From Candidatus Poribacteria bacterium (lineage in GTDB: Bacteria > Poribacteria > WGA-4E > WGA-3G), in assembly GCA_965242965.1 (NCBI GenBank), contig OZ251518.1:2912001-2976000 (forward strand): a stretch of DNA of 64,000 nt, in the 5' to 3' direction. The first letter of the stretch is position 1, and the number at the start of each line of letters is the position of its first letter. The position numbers and the translations under genes are program-made. The notes beneath the pieces are model-generated. The model worked only from the letters and a program-made list of their open reading frames with translations. It was not told the origin of the DNA and did not search any database. Below, piece after piece: positions 45,507 through 56,324 of the stretch.

Positions 45507-47825
45507 TCATCGGCGGCTAATCCGAATCGTCACAATAGCGATACCGATGACGAGGAGGATTAACGCCACGAACAGCAGCGTCTGGATGGACAGTTGCGTC
45601 TGTGACTCCACCTTCACCGTGATGGAGCGTTCGCGTGCCTCCTCCTTCCGATTATCCACCGTGACTTCGGCGTTCAGTTTCGCCTCGTATTCCCCGACAC
45701 TGATGTCCGCGGGCGGGTTCAACGCGACCTGAATCTCCTTCTCTTCATTCCGTTTCAGCGCACGGATGACTTCGGGTGACACCGTATAGTTCCACTCGGT
45801 GTTCACTTCTACCACCATGCGGATATCCACCAAGTCCCGCGTGCCAATGTTTTTCAACGTCGCAGTCAGTTGCACCGGTTCTCCCACCTGAATCGTCTGG
45901 AACGCGTTCGGGACGAAGAGTTCAATCTCCGGCACGCCTTTTGGAATTAGTTCAAACCGCTCGATGCCGCCTTGGATGTCCGCTATCCGTTCAGGTGCTA
46001 AGTCCAGCCGGTTGTTGCCGCCGCCGAGGGCGTTCGCCTCCGCTTCATCAAGCACCGCGACGTAAAATTCCAGCGTGTTATCGAGATAGGCGGCATCCAA
46101 TTCTTCCGGCAGATACACAATCAGTTGCAACTGCCGCTTGGATTGTTCTTGTGTAAACTTCACCTGCGACTGCCGCGATTGTGTCTCGGGGTCTTGAAAT
46201 TCAAACGTGAGGCGATTTAGCAGGTTAATGACGCGCAACTGAAACGTGTTCTCTGTCTCTGCCAACCGGTCCAACGTCAAATCGTATGTGACGCTACTGC
46301 CGAGATTGCCCTCTTGTGAAAACCGCAACGAACTGACATTGACGACATCCAACGCCGATTCCTTCTGCAGGTAAATCAGCCGCCTATCGGGCTCGGTTAA
46401 CTCCGGATAGTTGAGCGACACCTTCAGGCTCTCCACATCTTTTTGGAGTTGGAACGTCAAGTCCACCGTTTCATTATAGCCGAGCACCGGAATTTTGGCT
46501 TCGTAAGGTTTGACGATGTTCGTGTCATCGGTGACATCTAACAACGATACATAAATTGAACGGATTTCATTGGCGGCGGCGATTTCCGCCGGGGTTGCAT
46601 TCATCGGCATCGCCTCTGTCGTGGAGGTATTCTTCAACTGCAGCGTCACCATCATTTGCCCCCCTGTGCCGCTGTCCACCCGGAACTTCTTCGCACTTAA
46701 AATCGAGATGTAGCGCGTGTCTTCCTCCAAGTGGATTTTATAGGGATAATCCTTGTCAAGGTAGCGCAGATTGACGGTGAGGCTGTCCACATTCCGGCGG
46801 AGTTCAAAGTCCAGCAACTTCTCCTGTCCATCCTTGAGCGTCGGAATGCGATGCTCGTAGGGGTACCCGATGATAGCCTCGGTGTCATCCTTGATGGCGA
46901 CATAAACGTTGTTGATTTCCTGCGCCGTCGATTGGGCATCGGTGTCCGCCGCTGTATCATCAATGCTTGTCACGGCACCGTAGGTGAGGATGACCTCTAA
47001 TCGCCGCCTGTCCCCCTCTTTGTAGCGGCGCGCCGAAACGACAGAAATGTAAGGGTCTTCCTGTTTCAAGTGGATGTTGCGTTCGTCGACAATATCAAGA
47101 TAATCCAATTCAACGATGACGCTGCGCACATCTTCTTTGATAAGTTCAAACTCCAGCGTCACCGCCTCGCCTTCTTTCAACGTCTCGATGCGGCGTTGGT
47201 AAGGTTCGGCGATGATGGCACCGCTGCGGCCGTAATCCTCTGCCTCTTTAATAGAGACGAAGATGTCATCCACCTGCGCGCTCACGACAACCTCGCGCCC
47301 GAGCACTTTGGAACTCTCGGTGAGCGTGACAGGCAGCGAACTGTTGCGCAGCGTAATCGAGAACAGTTCCCGGCCGTCACGCGATTCATAGAGCCGCGTG
47401 CTTTCGACGGTGATGTGCCAGGCATCCTTCAACGAATCGAGCTCCACCTGTTGCAGATTCAGTTTCGCCTTTTCATATTCGGCGATGGCGCGTTTATGCT
47501 CTTCCTCGGCACGATTCACCTCCGAGACGGTGACGATGTTGTTCTCTTCACGCATCATCGCCTGCAGATTTTCGAGTTCAATCTGCTTCTCTTTCATCAG
47601 GTTCTCGGCGAGTTCCATCTCCAAACGGGCGCGTTCAATGGCGATTTCACGACTCTGCTCATCTCTCGTCTTCGCCGATGCGTCCCCCTCCTGCGCAAAC
47701 AGCGGCGACAGTGACACCGCTGCCAGCAGGCACACGATGCAACTGCAGACGATGACAGCTTCGGCGAGAAAACGTGAGTGCACGGGAAACATCCCCGAAC
47801 GCAGTGCGCCAAACAAAAACATCAC
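45507..47825 (-). CDS. Exported multidomain protein: coiled-coil hairpin, three ~100-aa repeats, NEW3/NPCBM-associated domain, C-terminal TM anchor
   Basis: Repeats of (Y)ISxxSA...EIxxxYVx...PY..RI..L...LxFxL; LKNIG..DL...PPADISVGEY; hydrophobic C-terminus ending RISRR; start uncertain. Confidence 0.75.
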   Translation of the reverse strand: MMFLFGALRSGMFPVHSRFLAEAVIVCSCIVCLLAAVSLSPLFAQEGDASAKTRDEQSREIAIERARLEMELAENLMKEKQIELENLQAMMREENNIVTVSEVNRAEEEHKRAIAEYEKAKLNLQQVELDSLKDAWHITVESTRLYESRDGRELFSITLRNSSLPVTLTESSKVLGREVVVSAQVDDIFVSIKEAEDYGRSGAIIAEPYQRRIETLKEGEAVTLEFELIKEDVRSVIVELDYLDIVDERNIHLKQEDPYISVVSARRYKEGDRRRLEVILTYGAVTSIDDTAADTDAQSTAQEINNVYVAIKDDTEAIIGYPYEHRIPTLKDGQEKLLDFELRRNVDSLTVNLRYLDKDYPYKIHLEEDTRYISILSAKKFRVDSGTGGQMMVTLQLKNTSTTEAMPMNATPAEIAAANEIRSIYVSLLDVTDDTNIVKPYEAKIPVLGYNETVDLTFQLQKDVESLKVSLNYPELTEPDRRLIYLQKESALDVVNVSSLRFSQEGNLGSSVTYDLTLDRLAETENTFQLRVINLLNRLTFEFQDPETQSRQSQVKFTQEQSKRQLQLIVYLPEELDAAYLDNTLEFYVAVLDEAEANALGGGNNRLDLAPERIADIQGGIERFELIPKGVPEIELFVPNAFQTIQVGEPVQLTATLKNIGTRDLVDIRMVVEVNTEWNYTVSPEVIRALKRNEEKEIQVALNPPADISVGEYEAKLNAEVTVDNRKEEARERSITVKVESQTQLSIQTLLFVALILLVIGIAIVTIRISRR

Positions 47826-48556
47826 TCGCTCTCCTCCTCTGCCGGTTCATACCCGGCGACGTACCGAAGATACAACGCCTCCAGATTCTCCTCGGCTATC
47901 TCCTCGCGCGTCAACTCGCGCTCCAGCGTGCCGGCTACCAGAATGCCGATTTTGTCGGCTATCGCCTTGGCGCGGAAGATGTCATGCGTGGACATGAAGA
48001 TGGCTTTCCCTTCCTCCCGCAAGTCACGGAGCAAATTCAAGAAATCCGCACCACCCTTCGGATCCAACCCCGATGTCGGCTCATCCAACAGCACGGCTTG
48101 CGCATTCTTCATCATCGCAATCGCAATACCGAGACGCTGCCGCATCCCTTTAGAAAACGTCTTCACCCGCCGCGTGAACGCCGCTTCTGGTAACCCGACG
48201 CGTCCAAGGGTAGCATCCAGTTCGTCGTTGGATACCTTCTTCCTGCCGCCCAGTTTCGCAAAAAACGCCAAGTTCTGCCGCGCCGTAAAGTTGCGATAGA
48301 GCTCCACATTCTCCGAGACGTAGGCCAAATGCCGCTTCGCAGCCAGCGGAAACTTCGGAATCTCAATATCACCGATGAGTGCCGTGCCGCTTGTTGGTTC
48401 AATGAAGTTGAGCAACATTGATATCGTCGTGCTTTTCCCCGCGCCATTCGCGCCGAGCACGACGTAGATTTCACCCGCGTTGACGGTGAGGTTCAAGGCA
48501 TTCACCGCCAACACCGTCTCGTTGAACACTTTCGTTAAGTCACGCGTTTGTAACAT
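47822..48556 (-). CDS. ABC transporter ATP-binding protein
   Basis: GANGAGKS, FSKGM, LLDEPTSGLD, STH; GGAGG RBS before ATG 48556. Confidence 0.95.
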   Translation of the reverse strand: MLQTRDLTKVFNETVLAVNALNLTVNAGEIYVVLGANGAGKSTTISMLLNFIEPTSGTALIGDIEIPKFPLAAKRHLAYVSENVELYRNFTARQNLAFFAKLGGRKKVSNDELDATLGRVGLPEAAFTRRVKTFSKGMRQRLGIAIAMMKNAQAVLLDEPTSGLDPKGGADFLNLLRDLREEGKAIFMSTHDIFRAKAIADKIGILVAGTLERELTREEIAEENLEALYLRYVAGYEPAEEESE

Positions 48557-49230
48557 GAAGAACCTCCGTTTACGGTCAGGTTTGTTTGAGCCTCGCGTTG
48601 CAGGTTTTCCTGAAACGCGTTCTTTTGGTAAGTAGTTTGTTCTATACGATGAAAAAACGTCTCCCTTCACGTAGGGCGAGGGCCTGTCCCTAGCCATGCG
48701 TTTGGCTTCAGACCGCCTCACTCCTGTAGGTCAGGATCGCCTGATCCTGAACTGTTCGGGAGCGGGTGCTCCCGAACTACAAAGGTGGGCCCAATGCCTG
48801 CCGGTAGGAGAGACCTTCTGGTCTCGATGCGAGCAATGTTCCCGTAGGAAAGCCCTCCCAGTTTCTATGTTATTATACCTTATTTCCTGACAAAAATTCA
48901 GAAAAAAGGGTGTCTATTGATATGAACTACAGAGTTATTCCGTTCGCGAAAAAAACTGCCTTAAGCCTTACACACCTGTGATGCCAAAAGGTTGCATCTT
49001 TTTTGGCTCAGTTCAGGTTTGCGAGGGACAGGCCCTCGCGCTACGATGAAAAAAACGCCTCCCCTTCACGTAGGGCTTGGGCCCTCGCATGCCATACGCG
49101 CAGGCGAGCGGGTTTCCCTCGCCACGCGTTTTGCTGTCAGACTGCATTCCCCCTGTAGGTCAGGATCGCCAGATCCTGACCTGTTCGGGTGCAGGCGCAC
49201 CCGAACTACAGAGGTGGGCCCAATGCCCCC

Positions 49231-50676
49231 TCACTTCACCTCGCTCTTCAAAAACGAAATCTGCGCGATGATGAAAAACAACGCATTAAATAGAATTAAC
49301 AACCCCACCGGCATCAGCACGCTTTCGTATGAGAGCCGCTCTTTAAATTGCGGCACAGCATTCGGGTTCACCGGTTTTTGGGACAATCCCTCTTTCACGG
49401 GATAGATGTGCAGACTGCCCGGGTCGCTTCTATCCTCCGTTTTGACGAAATCGGTAAACGTTTGCCGATACCGACGCGCCTGCTTGACGAAATTCATATA
49501 ACTGCCAATCCCCGTGTTTGCGAGGGCTTCCATCGCCTGTTGGAAGCACGCCAGGGGCGAAAACTGCGTCAGGTCTCGGGCGAGTTGCACCTGTCGTAAC
49601 TGCCGGTCGATCTGGGCATCAGCCAGCTGCGTTTCCGTATCTCTGCGCTTGAGAAAGTAAGTGGCCCATCGGCGCGTCGCCTCGGGGTTTTCGGCAGATG
49701 GGGATTTTTGCAACCGTGTCGAGTGGGGGTGCCGAAATTCTTCTTCGATTTGCGCCAATTGTGCTGATTTCTGTAACGCAACTTCGTCAATCGAAGGAAT
49801 AGGATTCAGGTTGCCGACAAAGGTGCCGAGCAGACTCGGAAAGGCGAACGCAAGGCAGACCCAGGTTAACAAAAGCCAGACTAAACTCGTGATAGAGTTG
49901 GAGACACGACTGGAGACAAACAGCCCGAGGAAGATGAAACTTGAAACCAGCAGTGCCATGAGCCCTACCATGCCGAGGATGCGCAGCCACTCGCCGCCTG
50001 CCAGCGGGATACTTTTGGTAAGCAGGAGCACCAGCAAATTCATCAGGATACCGATGGCGAGGGGCACCATGAGCGTGAGAAACGCCCCGAGGTATTTGGC
50101 GAACAGCACCTGTCCGCGGGAGACCGGATTTGACATGATGAGGCTCAGTGTGCCGCGGGCGCGCTCGCCGGCGATGGCATCAAACGTGAACAAGATAGTG
50201 AAGAAACTCATGAGAATCCCGATGAACACCCAGTCTAGCTTGATGCGTTGTGTCGCCTGTCCACTCTCACTCGGCAGCGGATATTGTAATGTCCACGGAG
50301 AATTCCATGCGTAAGGTTCCAAATCGCCAAAGCCGCTGCGGCTACTTTGAATGTTGCCTGACATCACGACGAATTTCGGGATGACTTCGTCGGCACCATC
50401 GGCGCAGAATGTCAGCGGGCTGGGCCGCTTGGAAAGGAGCCTGGGTCCGCTGATGGCTAACGCCGCCAGACTCTCCGCTGCTGACGCTTTGAGTCCGGTG
50501 CTCGTTCTGGATACACGTTGCTGATGCGCGTTGTTTTCTGCCATCCAACCGCCGCCGGCTAAGCCGTAGATGAGCGCGTTCGCTAGCATCAGGAGCGGCA
50601 GCAGGAGGAGCATTAACGCGAATCTCAGCGTCGTGAGGTTATGATAGATTTCTTTCGTTGCAATGTGCCAAATCAT
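49231..50676 (-). CDS. ABC-2 type exporter permease with large extracytoplasmic loops
   Basis: MIWHIATKE, FDAIAGERARGTL..I.SNP.SR...AKY, multiple TMs. Confidence 0.9.
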   Translation of the reverse strand: MIWHIATKEIYHNLTTLRFALMLLLLPLLMLANALIYGLAGGGWMAENNAHQQRVSRTSTGLKASAAESLAALAISGPRLLSKRPSPLTFCADGADEVIPKFVVMSGNIQSSRSGFGDLEPYAWNSPWTLQYPLPSESGQATQRIKLDWVFIGILMSFFTILFTFDAIAGERARGTLSLIMSNPVSRGQVLFAKYLGAFLTLMVPLAIGILMNLLVLLLTKSIPLAGGEWLRILGMVGLMALLVSSFIFLGLFVSSRVSNSITSLVWLLLTWVCLAFAFPSLLGTFVGNLNPIPSIDEVALQKSAQLAQIEEEFRHPHSTRLQKSPSAENPEATRRWATYFLKRRDTETQLADAQIDRQLRQVQLARDLTQFSPLACFQQAMEALANTGIGSYMNFVKQARRYRQTFTDFVKTEDRSDPGSLHIYPVKEGLSQKPVNPNAVPQFKERLSYESVLMPVGLLILFNALFFIIAQISFLKSEVK

Positions 50677-50769
50677 TTGGAACTCCTTTGAGATCAGATA
50701 CCCACCCTGGTAGACGCGGTTTCTAACGGCGCAGACTTGCGGTGAGCGCGCCTACCGTTCGCGATGCCC

Positions 50770-52317
50770 TCAACTCAAGTCAGAGCGGAGGAACGAGACA
50801 TACGCCGCCAGAAACAGGATGATATTCCATGCGACTAAAATCAGAATGTCGCCCGCGGCGCGCGAGAAGCTTTCTGATAGCGACGGCCGCCGGTGCTGAA
50901 AAACGGGCATATCGGTGAGCACCGCCTCGCCCCGGTCGCTGGAAAACCACTCCCGCGAGGAAAACGCCGCTCTATCGGTGAGGTAGGCAACCAGTTGCCG
51001 CCTATAGGTACGCGTGGCGGACAGAAAATCGGTGTAACTCTCCCTGCCGGTGCCAGCGAGCGTGCCGACAGCAAAACTATAGACATCGGCGAAGGAGAGC
51101 CGCGAGATGTCCGCTGCCAATTGCGCGTGCTTTGCGGCGGCTTGACTCGGCTGATTCAGCACTGCCTCGACTTTCTCTGCATAGCGAATGCGCAGCGGTT
51201 CCTGATACCCTAGGATGTCCTGAAAAACGGACAAGTCGGCGTGCTCAATATTGCTCACGCGATAGGTATCTTTAAAATACCACGGGGCTGTAACAGAACC
51301 GTGATTTGTTTCGCTTGCAAGTGCTTTGGATGGATAGGAAATTGCATCTTGCGGATTCTTCCAGTCGGCCGCCTGTTCCTGGCCTCTCTGTTTCACATAG
51401 GCGTTCCGTTCTTTTTTGAAGTCTTCCCAGACTTGATGGGCTTCTTGAAAAACCGGTCGGAAAGATTCCTCCGTTGCCTGCGAGGGAAAAAGTCGCTCCA
51501 CGGCGAACGTCGCAACATTTGAATGGACGGTTGTCACAATCACCCAGACAAACATGGACAGGATGAGCGTTGTGGCCGCCGTCTTCGTCCAGACAGAAAA
51601 CAGCAGTCCGAGCAGATACCACGTTGAGACATACACCAATGAGACAGCGAAGATGAGCGCGATGTATCCCAGGTCATTTCCATCAAAGGCTGTCGCCGGT
51701 GAGGCGTAGGCAAAAAGGAGCGCGAACAGGAGACTCACGCCAACGATGGGCAGCAGCGAGCACATCCCACCCAAGTATTTCCCGAGCACTATCGTGTCCC
51801 TCGGCACGGCGTTTGATAACACCAGTTTGAGGGTGCCGTCCTCTCTTTCTCCTGAAATCGCGTTGTAAGCGAACAGAATCGCCAACGCACTGAGCACGAT
51901 TTTGAAGATGAACGTCACATCCACCGACAGAAAAATCGAGAGGAAGGGATTGTCCGTGCCCATCTTCTGAATGGGGGCGAAGAACCCGCCATGCGGTCCG
52001 CTCCAAATCGGGGTGGCGGGTTCAACACTCACGGTATTGCCACCGAAGGTTTCCATCCCGACGTGAAAGATGCCGAGGGGGTTCGGCTTTCGGTGTGCTT
52101 TCGGATTGATTTCAGAGTAGATATCCCACGTCCGTGCTTCCCTCTGTGATGCCCGCGCGGCGGTGTGGTAAGCCGTCAACCGTTTTTCGTAATCGTCGAC
52201 TTGCACCATCACGGCGACACCGGTAGCGAGCAGGCATACCAGAAATCCGATGATGAAGCGCGATGTCAGCACATTGGAGATAACTTCGCGGCGGATAATC
52301 AGCCAAAGTATTTGCAT
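50770..52317 (-). CDS. ABC-2 type exporter permease
   Basis: YNAISGEREDGTLKLVLSN; GGAGG RBS. Confidence 0.9.
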   Translation of the reverse strand: MQILWLIIRREVISNVLTSRFIIGFLVCLLATGVAVMVQVDDYEKRLTAYHTAARASQREARTWDIYSEINPKAHRKPNPLGIFHVGMETFGGNTVSVEPATPIWSGPHGGFFAPIQKMGTDNPFLSIFLSVDVTFIFKIVLSALAILFAYNAISGEREDGTLKLVLSNAVPRDTIVLGKYLGGMCSLLPIVGVSLLFALLFAYASPATAFDGNDLGYIALIFAVSLVYVSTWYLLGLLFSVWTKTAATTLILSMFVWVIVTTVHSNVATFAVERLFPSQATEESFRPVFQEAHQVWEDFKKERNAYVKQRGQEQAADWKNPQDAISYPSKALASETNHGSVTAPWYFKDTYRVSNIEHADLSVFQDILGYQEPLRIRYAEKVEAVLNQPSQAAAKHAQLAADISRLSFADVYSFAVGTLAGTGRESYTDFLSATRTYRRQLVAYLTDRAAFSSREWFSSDRGEAVLTDMPVFQHRRPSLSESFSRAAGDILILVAWNIILFLAAYVSFLRSDLS

Positions 52318-52348
52318 AAACCAACCTCCTAATGTAAAATAAAAAATG

Positions 52349-52840
52349 AGCAGGATTTTCAAGATTTACAAGATTAGCACGATGAGTCCGTAGCGCGGGG
52401 GCCTGTCCCCCGCGATCGCACGCGTGCCCCAGAGACTGTAGTTCGGGCTCGCCTAATTCCGAACGGGTCAAGAGCACGGCCTCCTCACTACCGTAGCGCG
52501 GGGGCCTGTCCCCCGCGATCGTTCGCGTGCCCCAGAGCACGGCGAGGGACAGGCCCTCGCCCTACGGTGAAACGGAGACGGCCTTGCATACCGTAGCGCG
52601 GGGGCCTGTCCCCCGCGATCGCTCGACCTGTGCGAAAACCGCACGCCGGCCAAGGCCGTTTCCCGTTCCGATCGAGGCACGGCGAGGGACAGGCCCTCGC
52701 CCTACGGTGAAACGGAGACGGCCTTGCATACCGTAGCGCGGGGGCCCTCGGATGCCACCCGCGCATCCGAGCGGGTTTCCCCCGCGATCTCCCGCGTGCC
52801 CGATGGCCTGGCGAAGGACAGGTCCTCGCCCTACGGGTAT
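52349..52840. repeat. BIME-like array of alternating GTAG palindromes
   Basis: Repeated GTAGCGCGGGGGCCTGTCCCCCGCG / GGCGAGGGACAGGCCCTCGCCCTAC units. Confidence 0.88.
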
Positions 52841-52866
52841 ATGTGACGCATCAACCACATTAGGTG

Positions 52867-54561
52867 TTATTGGCCAGACATCCTATCCGTGGCAAACGTG
52901 AAAAACAAGAAAGGTGCCAGTTTCGCCATCGCTTCACTCCCCGTTTCCTCCGGTGCGTGGCGGATGTCCAGCGATGTTGTCTTCTCTTGGACAACCAGGG
53001 AGGCGAAGAGCGGGGCCATCTGTCCCGTGGATGCCACTACCTCCGCGGGCATCGACGAGTTGTTCGGTGCTGATGCCCGGATAAGTGCCCCGAAGTCAAA
53101 TTGGAGACAGGCTGCGGGCGTTGCGGTGAACGCCGCGATCCGCTGCTGCAAACCACCCGATACCGGTGCCGCTAGCAAACTGTCCACCAGCGTCTGGAAC
53201 TGTTTCTCCGAAAATGCTAACAGAAAGATGTCGTCGACAGTGCCGTAGTGAAGGGAACCAGGAATATCCACGATGTTGCAGGTAACGCCGCGATAGTCCA
53301 CTTGTCGGAGCGGGTGAACGGCACATTTTTCCACAATTCCTTGGAACATCGCCTTCCATTTTTCCGGTGCATCGGGAATGAAGAGGAAGCCGACGTTGAG
53401 CTCTTCAAAATCAATGCCGACTGAGTCTAGCACGCCATCTGTTGTGTCCTTGATAACCTTGTATAATGTAGAGCGCGACCCGAGGTTGGCAAGCTCTATC
53501 GTGCAGGTGAGTTCACCGGCGAGAGCGGCTTGCAATTCGGCAGTCGGCGGAAACAGAAAGTTGCGGACTTCCGAGGGAGTCTGACTACCCAGAACGGTTT
53601 GCCAGAAGAGGGCCGCTGTCTGCGTCGGGAATGCAAGGAAAAATTCCTCTGTCCCGGCGATTCCCCGCGTGGTTTGCATCGCCGTGGTCTCCTGCAACCG
53701 AGAGATCAGCGTCTCTTTTCCCTCGGTGTTGAGGTGTCCATACAGCCGATGTCCGCCGCCGGGACGTAACAGATTCAAGGTGTATCCCAACGTGCGGAAG
53801 CCTGCGAGTTCTCGGCTAATTACCTGCGGTAGCAGGAGTTGCAGATAGGGACTTCCGCCTGTCATATCGACGAAGGCAAACACTTCGTTTGGCCCTGCCA
53901 TCTCCACCACCGAACGATACGCCGCGTTTGTGCCTATCGATGCCTGCTCGGCGCGGTAAACATCCACCACCTTCTTGAAACTGGCCGGGGTGAATCCGAC
54001 GAGGAAGAGGTCTGCGTCTAGGTTACCATAAGTGAGCTGCTGTCCACCCACCGAGGCCGTGTGATACGTGATGTCCCGATAGGTATCTTCCGCCACGTTG
54101 ACTTCGTTCCCCATGCTGGAAAGCGTTTGGGTGAGTGTCGTGAACGTCTGTTCGGCGGCGGCTGCCTTAACCGCGTTCTGGACGACGAGCCCGACGAGGA
54201 GTCCTTCTGCCCCAGCGGAAACCGTCAGCGCAACCTGGTCTTCCAGAAACGTGTTGAGGATTCCAGGAATGTCTGTGCCGGTGAACATCGGCACCATTTG
54301 CAGCATTTGGTTCATCGGTGCCCAACTAGGGCTTGCGGTGATAAACTCGGCGGCTGCCTTCCAATTCGCCGAGGTTCCCATTGCCTCGCGGCACGCAGCC
54401 AAGTTTTGGAGTTTGAGATAAAGGAAGCTATCCGCGGGGATGACATCCTCTATCGTTTTGGCATGAGAAGTGACTATCATCGCGAGGGTGAAAAGGAACG
54501 TGAAAAGGACTACGAGCCCGAATCGAATCCCTCCGTAATGACGGCGTGTTTTGTTAAACAT
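52867..54561 (-). CDS. Exported protein, DUF3352-like, hypothetical
   Basis: Signal peptide; VIPADSFLYL N-terminus; two similar halves (TYRDITY / DYRGVTC); AAGGAG RBS. Confidence 0.65.
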   Translation of the reverse strand: MFNKTRRHYGGIRFGLVVLFTFLFTLAMIVTSHAKTIEDVIPADSFLYLKLQNLAACREAMGTSANWKAAAEFITASPSWAPMNQMLQMVPMFTGTDIPGILNTFLEDQVALTVSAGAEGLLVGLVVQNAVKAAAAEQTFTTLTQTLSSMGNEVNVAEDTYRDITYHTASVGGQQLTYGNLDADLFLVGFTPASFKKVVDVYRAEQASIGTNAAYRSVVEMAGPNEVFAFVDMTGGSPYLQLLLPQVISRELAGFRTLGYTLNLLRPGGGHRLYGHLNTEGKETLISRLQETTAMQTTRGIAGTEEFFLAFPTQTAALFWQTVLGSQTPSEVRNFLFPPTAELQAALAGELTCTIELANLGSRSTLYKVIKDTTDGVLDSVGIDFEELNVGFLFIPDAPEKWKAMFQGIVEKCAVHPLRQVDYRGVTCNIVDIPGSLHYGTVDDIFLLAFSEKQFQTLVDSLLAAPVSGGLQQRIAAFTATPAACLQFDFGALIRASAPNNSSMPAEVVASTGQMAPLFASLVVQEKTTSLDIRHAPEETGSEAMAKLAPFLFFTFATDRMSGQ

Positions 54562-54667
54562 GGTATTTCTCCTTTTGGTGCGCGCTATTAAGGCGCGTGC
54601 TTGTCAATGAGACGTAGTGGTAGGTAACGTCAAGTTGCGGTGACGAGACGAACCAACCTCCTTAGTT

Positions 54668-56182
54668 TTAAACCTCCGAACGGACAAAGACGAGGAAGGC
54701 ACCTAATAGAAACCCTCCTAGTAATAACACGAGCAACAGGATATCCCCCACCGCCGTGTTCAACGTATCTCGGAATGTCACCTTATCCTCAAAAATCGGG
54801 ATTGCCTGCGGCGGTACCGGCTTCTCGGACATGCCTTGCGGAATGCCGATGAGGTGAAGACTGGCGGCATCGGCGCGCTCCCGTTCCTCAATGAATCCTC
54901 GGAATTGGCGGATATGCATCTGCACACTGTCAAGAAAGTGCAAGTGGCGGTTAAATCCGGTGCCCGCCATGGACTCCAAGGCATATTGGACGGTGGCGGC
55001 GGGCGAAAACCGGGTGATAGCTCTCGCTCGCAAGACTTGGGCACTTTGTGCGGCGAGATGTTCGCGGTTGAACTGCTCGCGAACCTCTACATCTTTCCTC
55101 ACAAGTTCCGCCAGCATCGGTAAATCAGCATCGTCAACCTTTGCCGCCTCGGTTTCCACCAAGGCTTGCGCTTCTGCCGGTGTCATTTTAAGCAGGCTGC
55201 CGAGGGAATACCTTGATAGCAACTGTTTTTCAAATCGTTCCTGCATCTGTTTGATGGGTGCGTCTATTGCCTGCGCCAGTGCCGCCGCTTTTGCCTTATT
55301 GAATTGGTGTTGTGTTTGGACAGGCGACATCCATTTGGCTGCGAGCGTCCCGAGTGTGGACGGCATAAACACGACTATGGTAACCCAGATTAACAACAGC
55401 AGAATGAGCGTTAGTCGGCTCTCGCGAGTTGCGGCGGAGACGATGAGCCCAACGGCACAGAAGATGCCGGCATAGCACGATGCAATGAGCACGATGAGTC
55501 CCAATCTGCCCCACGCGGCCGTATCCAAATGCGTCCAAGTATCTGTGGAGAGAATCGCTAAGTTGAGCAACACGGCGAAACAGAACGGGAGCAACACGGC
55601 GAGGAGGGCCCCGATGAATTTGCCGAGCAAGAGCGCGTGGCGGGAAATGGGGTTCGCGAGACATAGGCGCAGCGTCCCCTGCTCGCGCTCACCCGAAAGC
55701 GCGTCAAACGTAAACAGGATCGGGAGAAACGAAAGCAGATAGGTGATGATAAACACCCAATCTATCTTCGTCGCTGTCGGACGCAAACTGCTCATTGATC
55801 CCAAGTTGAGATAGGGATATCCCAACCACCAAACGCTTTTTAACGATTTGCCCGGGGACGTTGTCTTTGTCCAAGAACCGCCGCTCCCGAGCTGACTCGG
55901 CAGCAATGCCTCACCGCCATCAGCGATGAAGGCGAGAGGTGAGGGCCGTTTGTGAAAATCGCCCGGTCCCTTTTGCAGCAAGAGATAGAGCTGCGTCCGT
56001 GACTTCACTGCGTTGCGCGCAGCGGTGACGTTTTTGGAATACTGCCGGACCCGGCCCGGATACCGCCCCAGATGCACCACGGCGTTCGTCACCATGAGTG
56101 CCACCAAGATAAGCGTGGTTAAGGCGAAACGCAGGCTGTTGATATGGTCAAAGAATTCGCGAGTGATAATGTGCCAAATCAT
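54668..56182 (-). CDS. ABC-2 type exporter permease
   Basis: MIWHIITRE, FDALSGEREQGTLRL. Confidence 0.9.
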   Translation of the reverse strand: MIWHIITREFFDHINSLRFALTTLILVALMVTNAVVHLGRYPGRVRQYSKNVTAARNAVKSRTQLYLLLQKGPGDFHKRPSPLAFIADGGEALLPSQLGSGGSWTKTTSPGKSLKSVWWLGYPYLNLGSMSSLRPTATKIDWVFIITYLLSFLPILFTFDALSGEREQGTLRLCLANPISRHALLLGKFIGALLAVLLPFCFAVLLNLAILSTDTWTHLDTAAWGRLGLIVLIASCYAGIFCAVGLIVSAATRESRLTLILLLLIWVTIVVFMPSTLGTLAAKWMSPVQTQHQFNKAKAAALAQAIDAPIKQMQERFEKQLLSRYSLGSLLKMTPAEAQALVETEAAKVDDADLPMLAELVRKDVEVREQFNREHLAAQSAQVLRARAITRFSPAATVQYALESMAGTGFNRHLHFLDSVQMHIRQFRGFIEERERADAASLHLIGIPQGMSEKPVPPQAIPIFEDKVTFRDTLNTAVGDILLLVLLLGGFLLGAFLVFVRSEV

Positions 56183-56324
56183 TTTTTCGTATTTCCTTCG
56201 GTGGTTTGACGTTTCTTCCATGCTAGGCATGCCAGTAGGAGAGACCTCCTGGTCTCGATGTAGTCTTGCCTCCTGGTCTCGATGCAGTCTTGCTCCCATC
56301 GGACACTTTGCGAACGCCGAAACA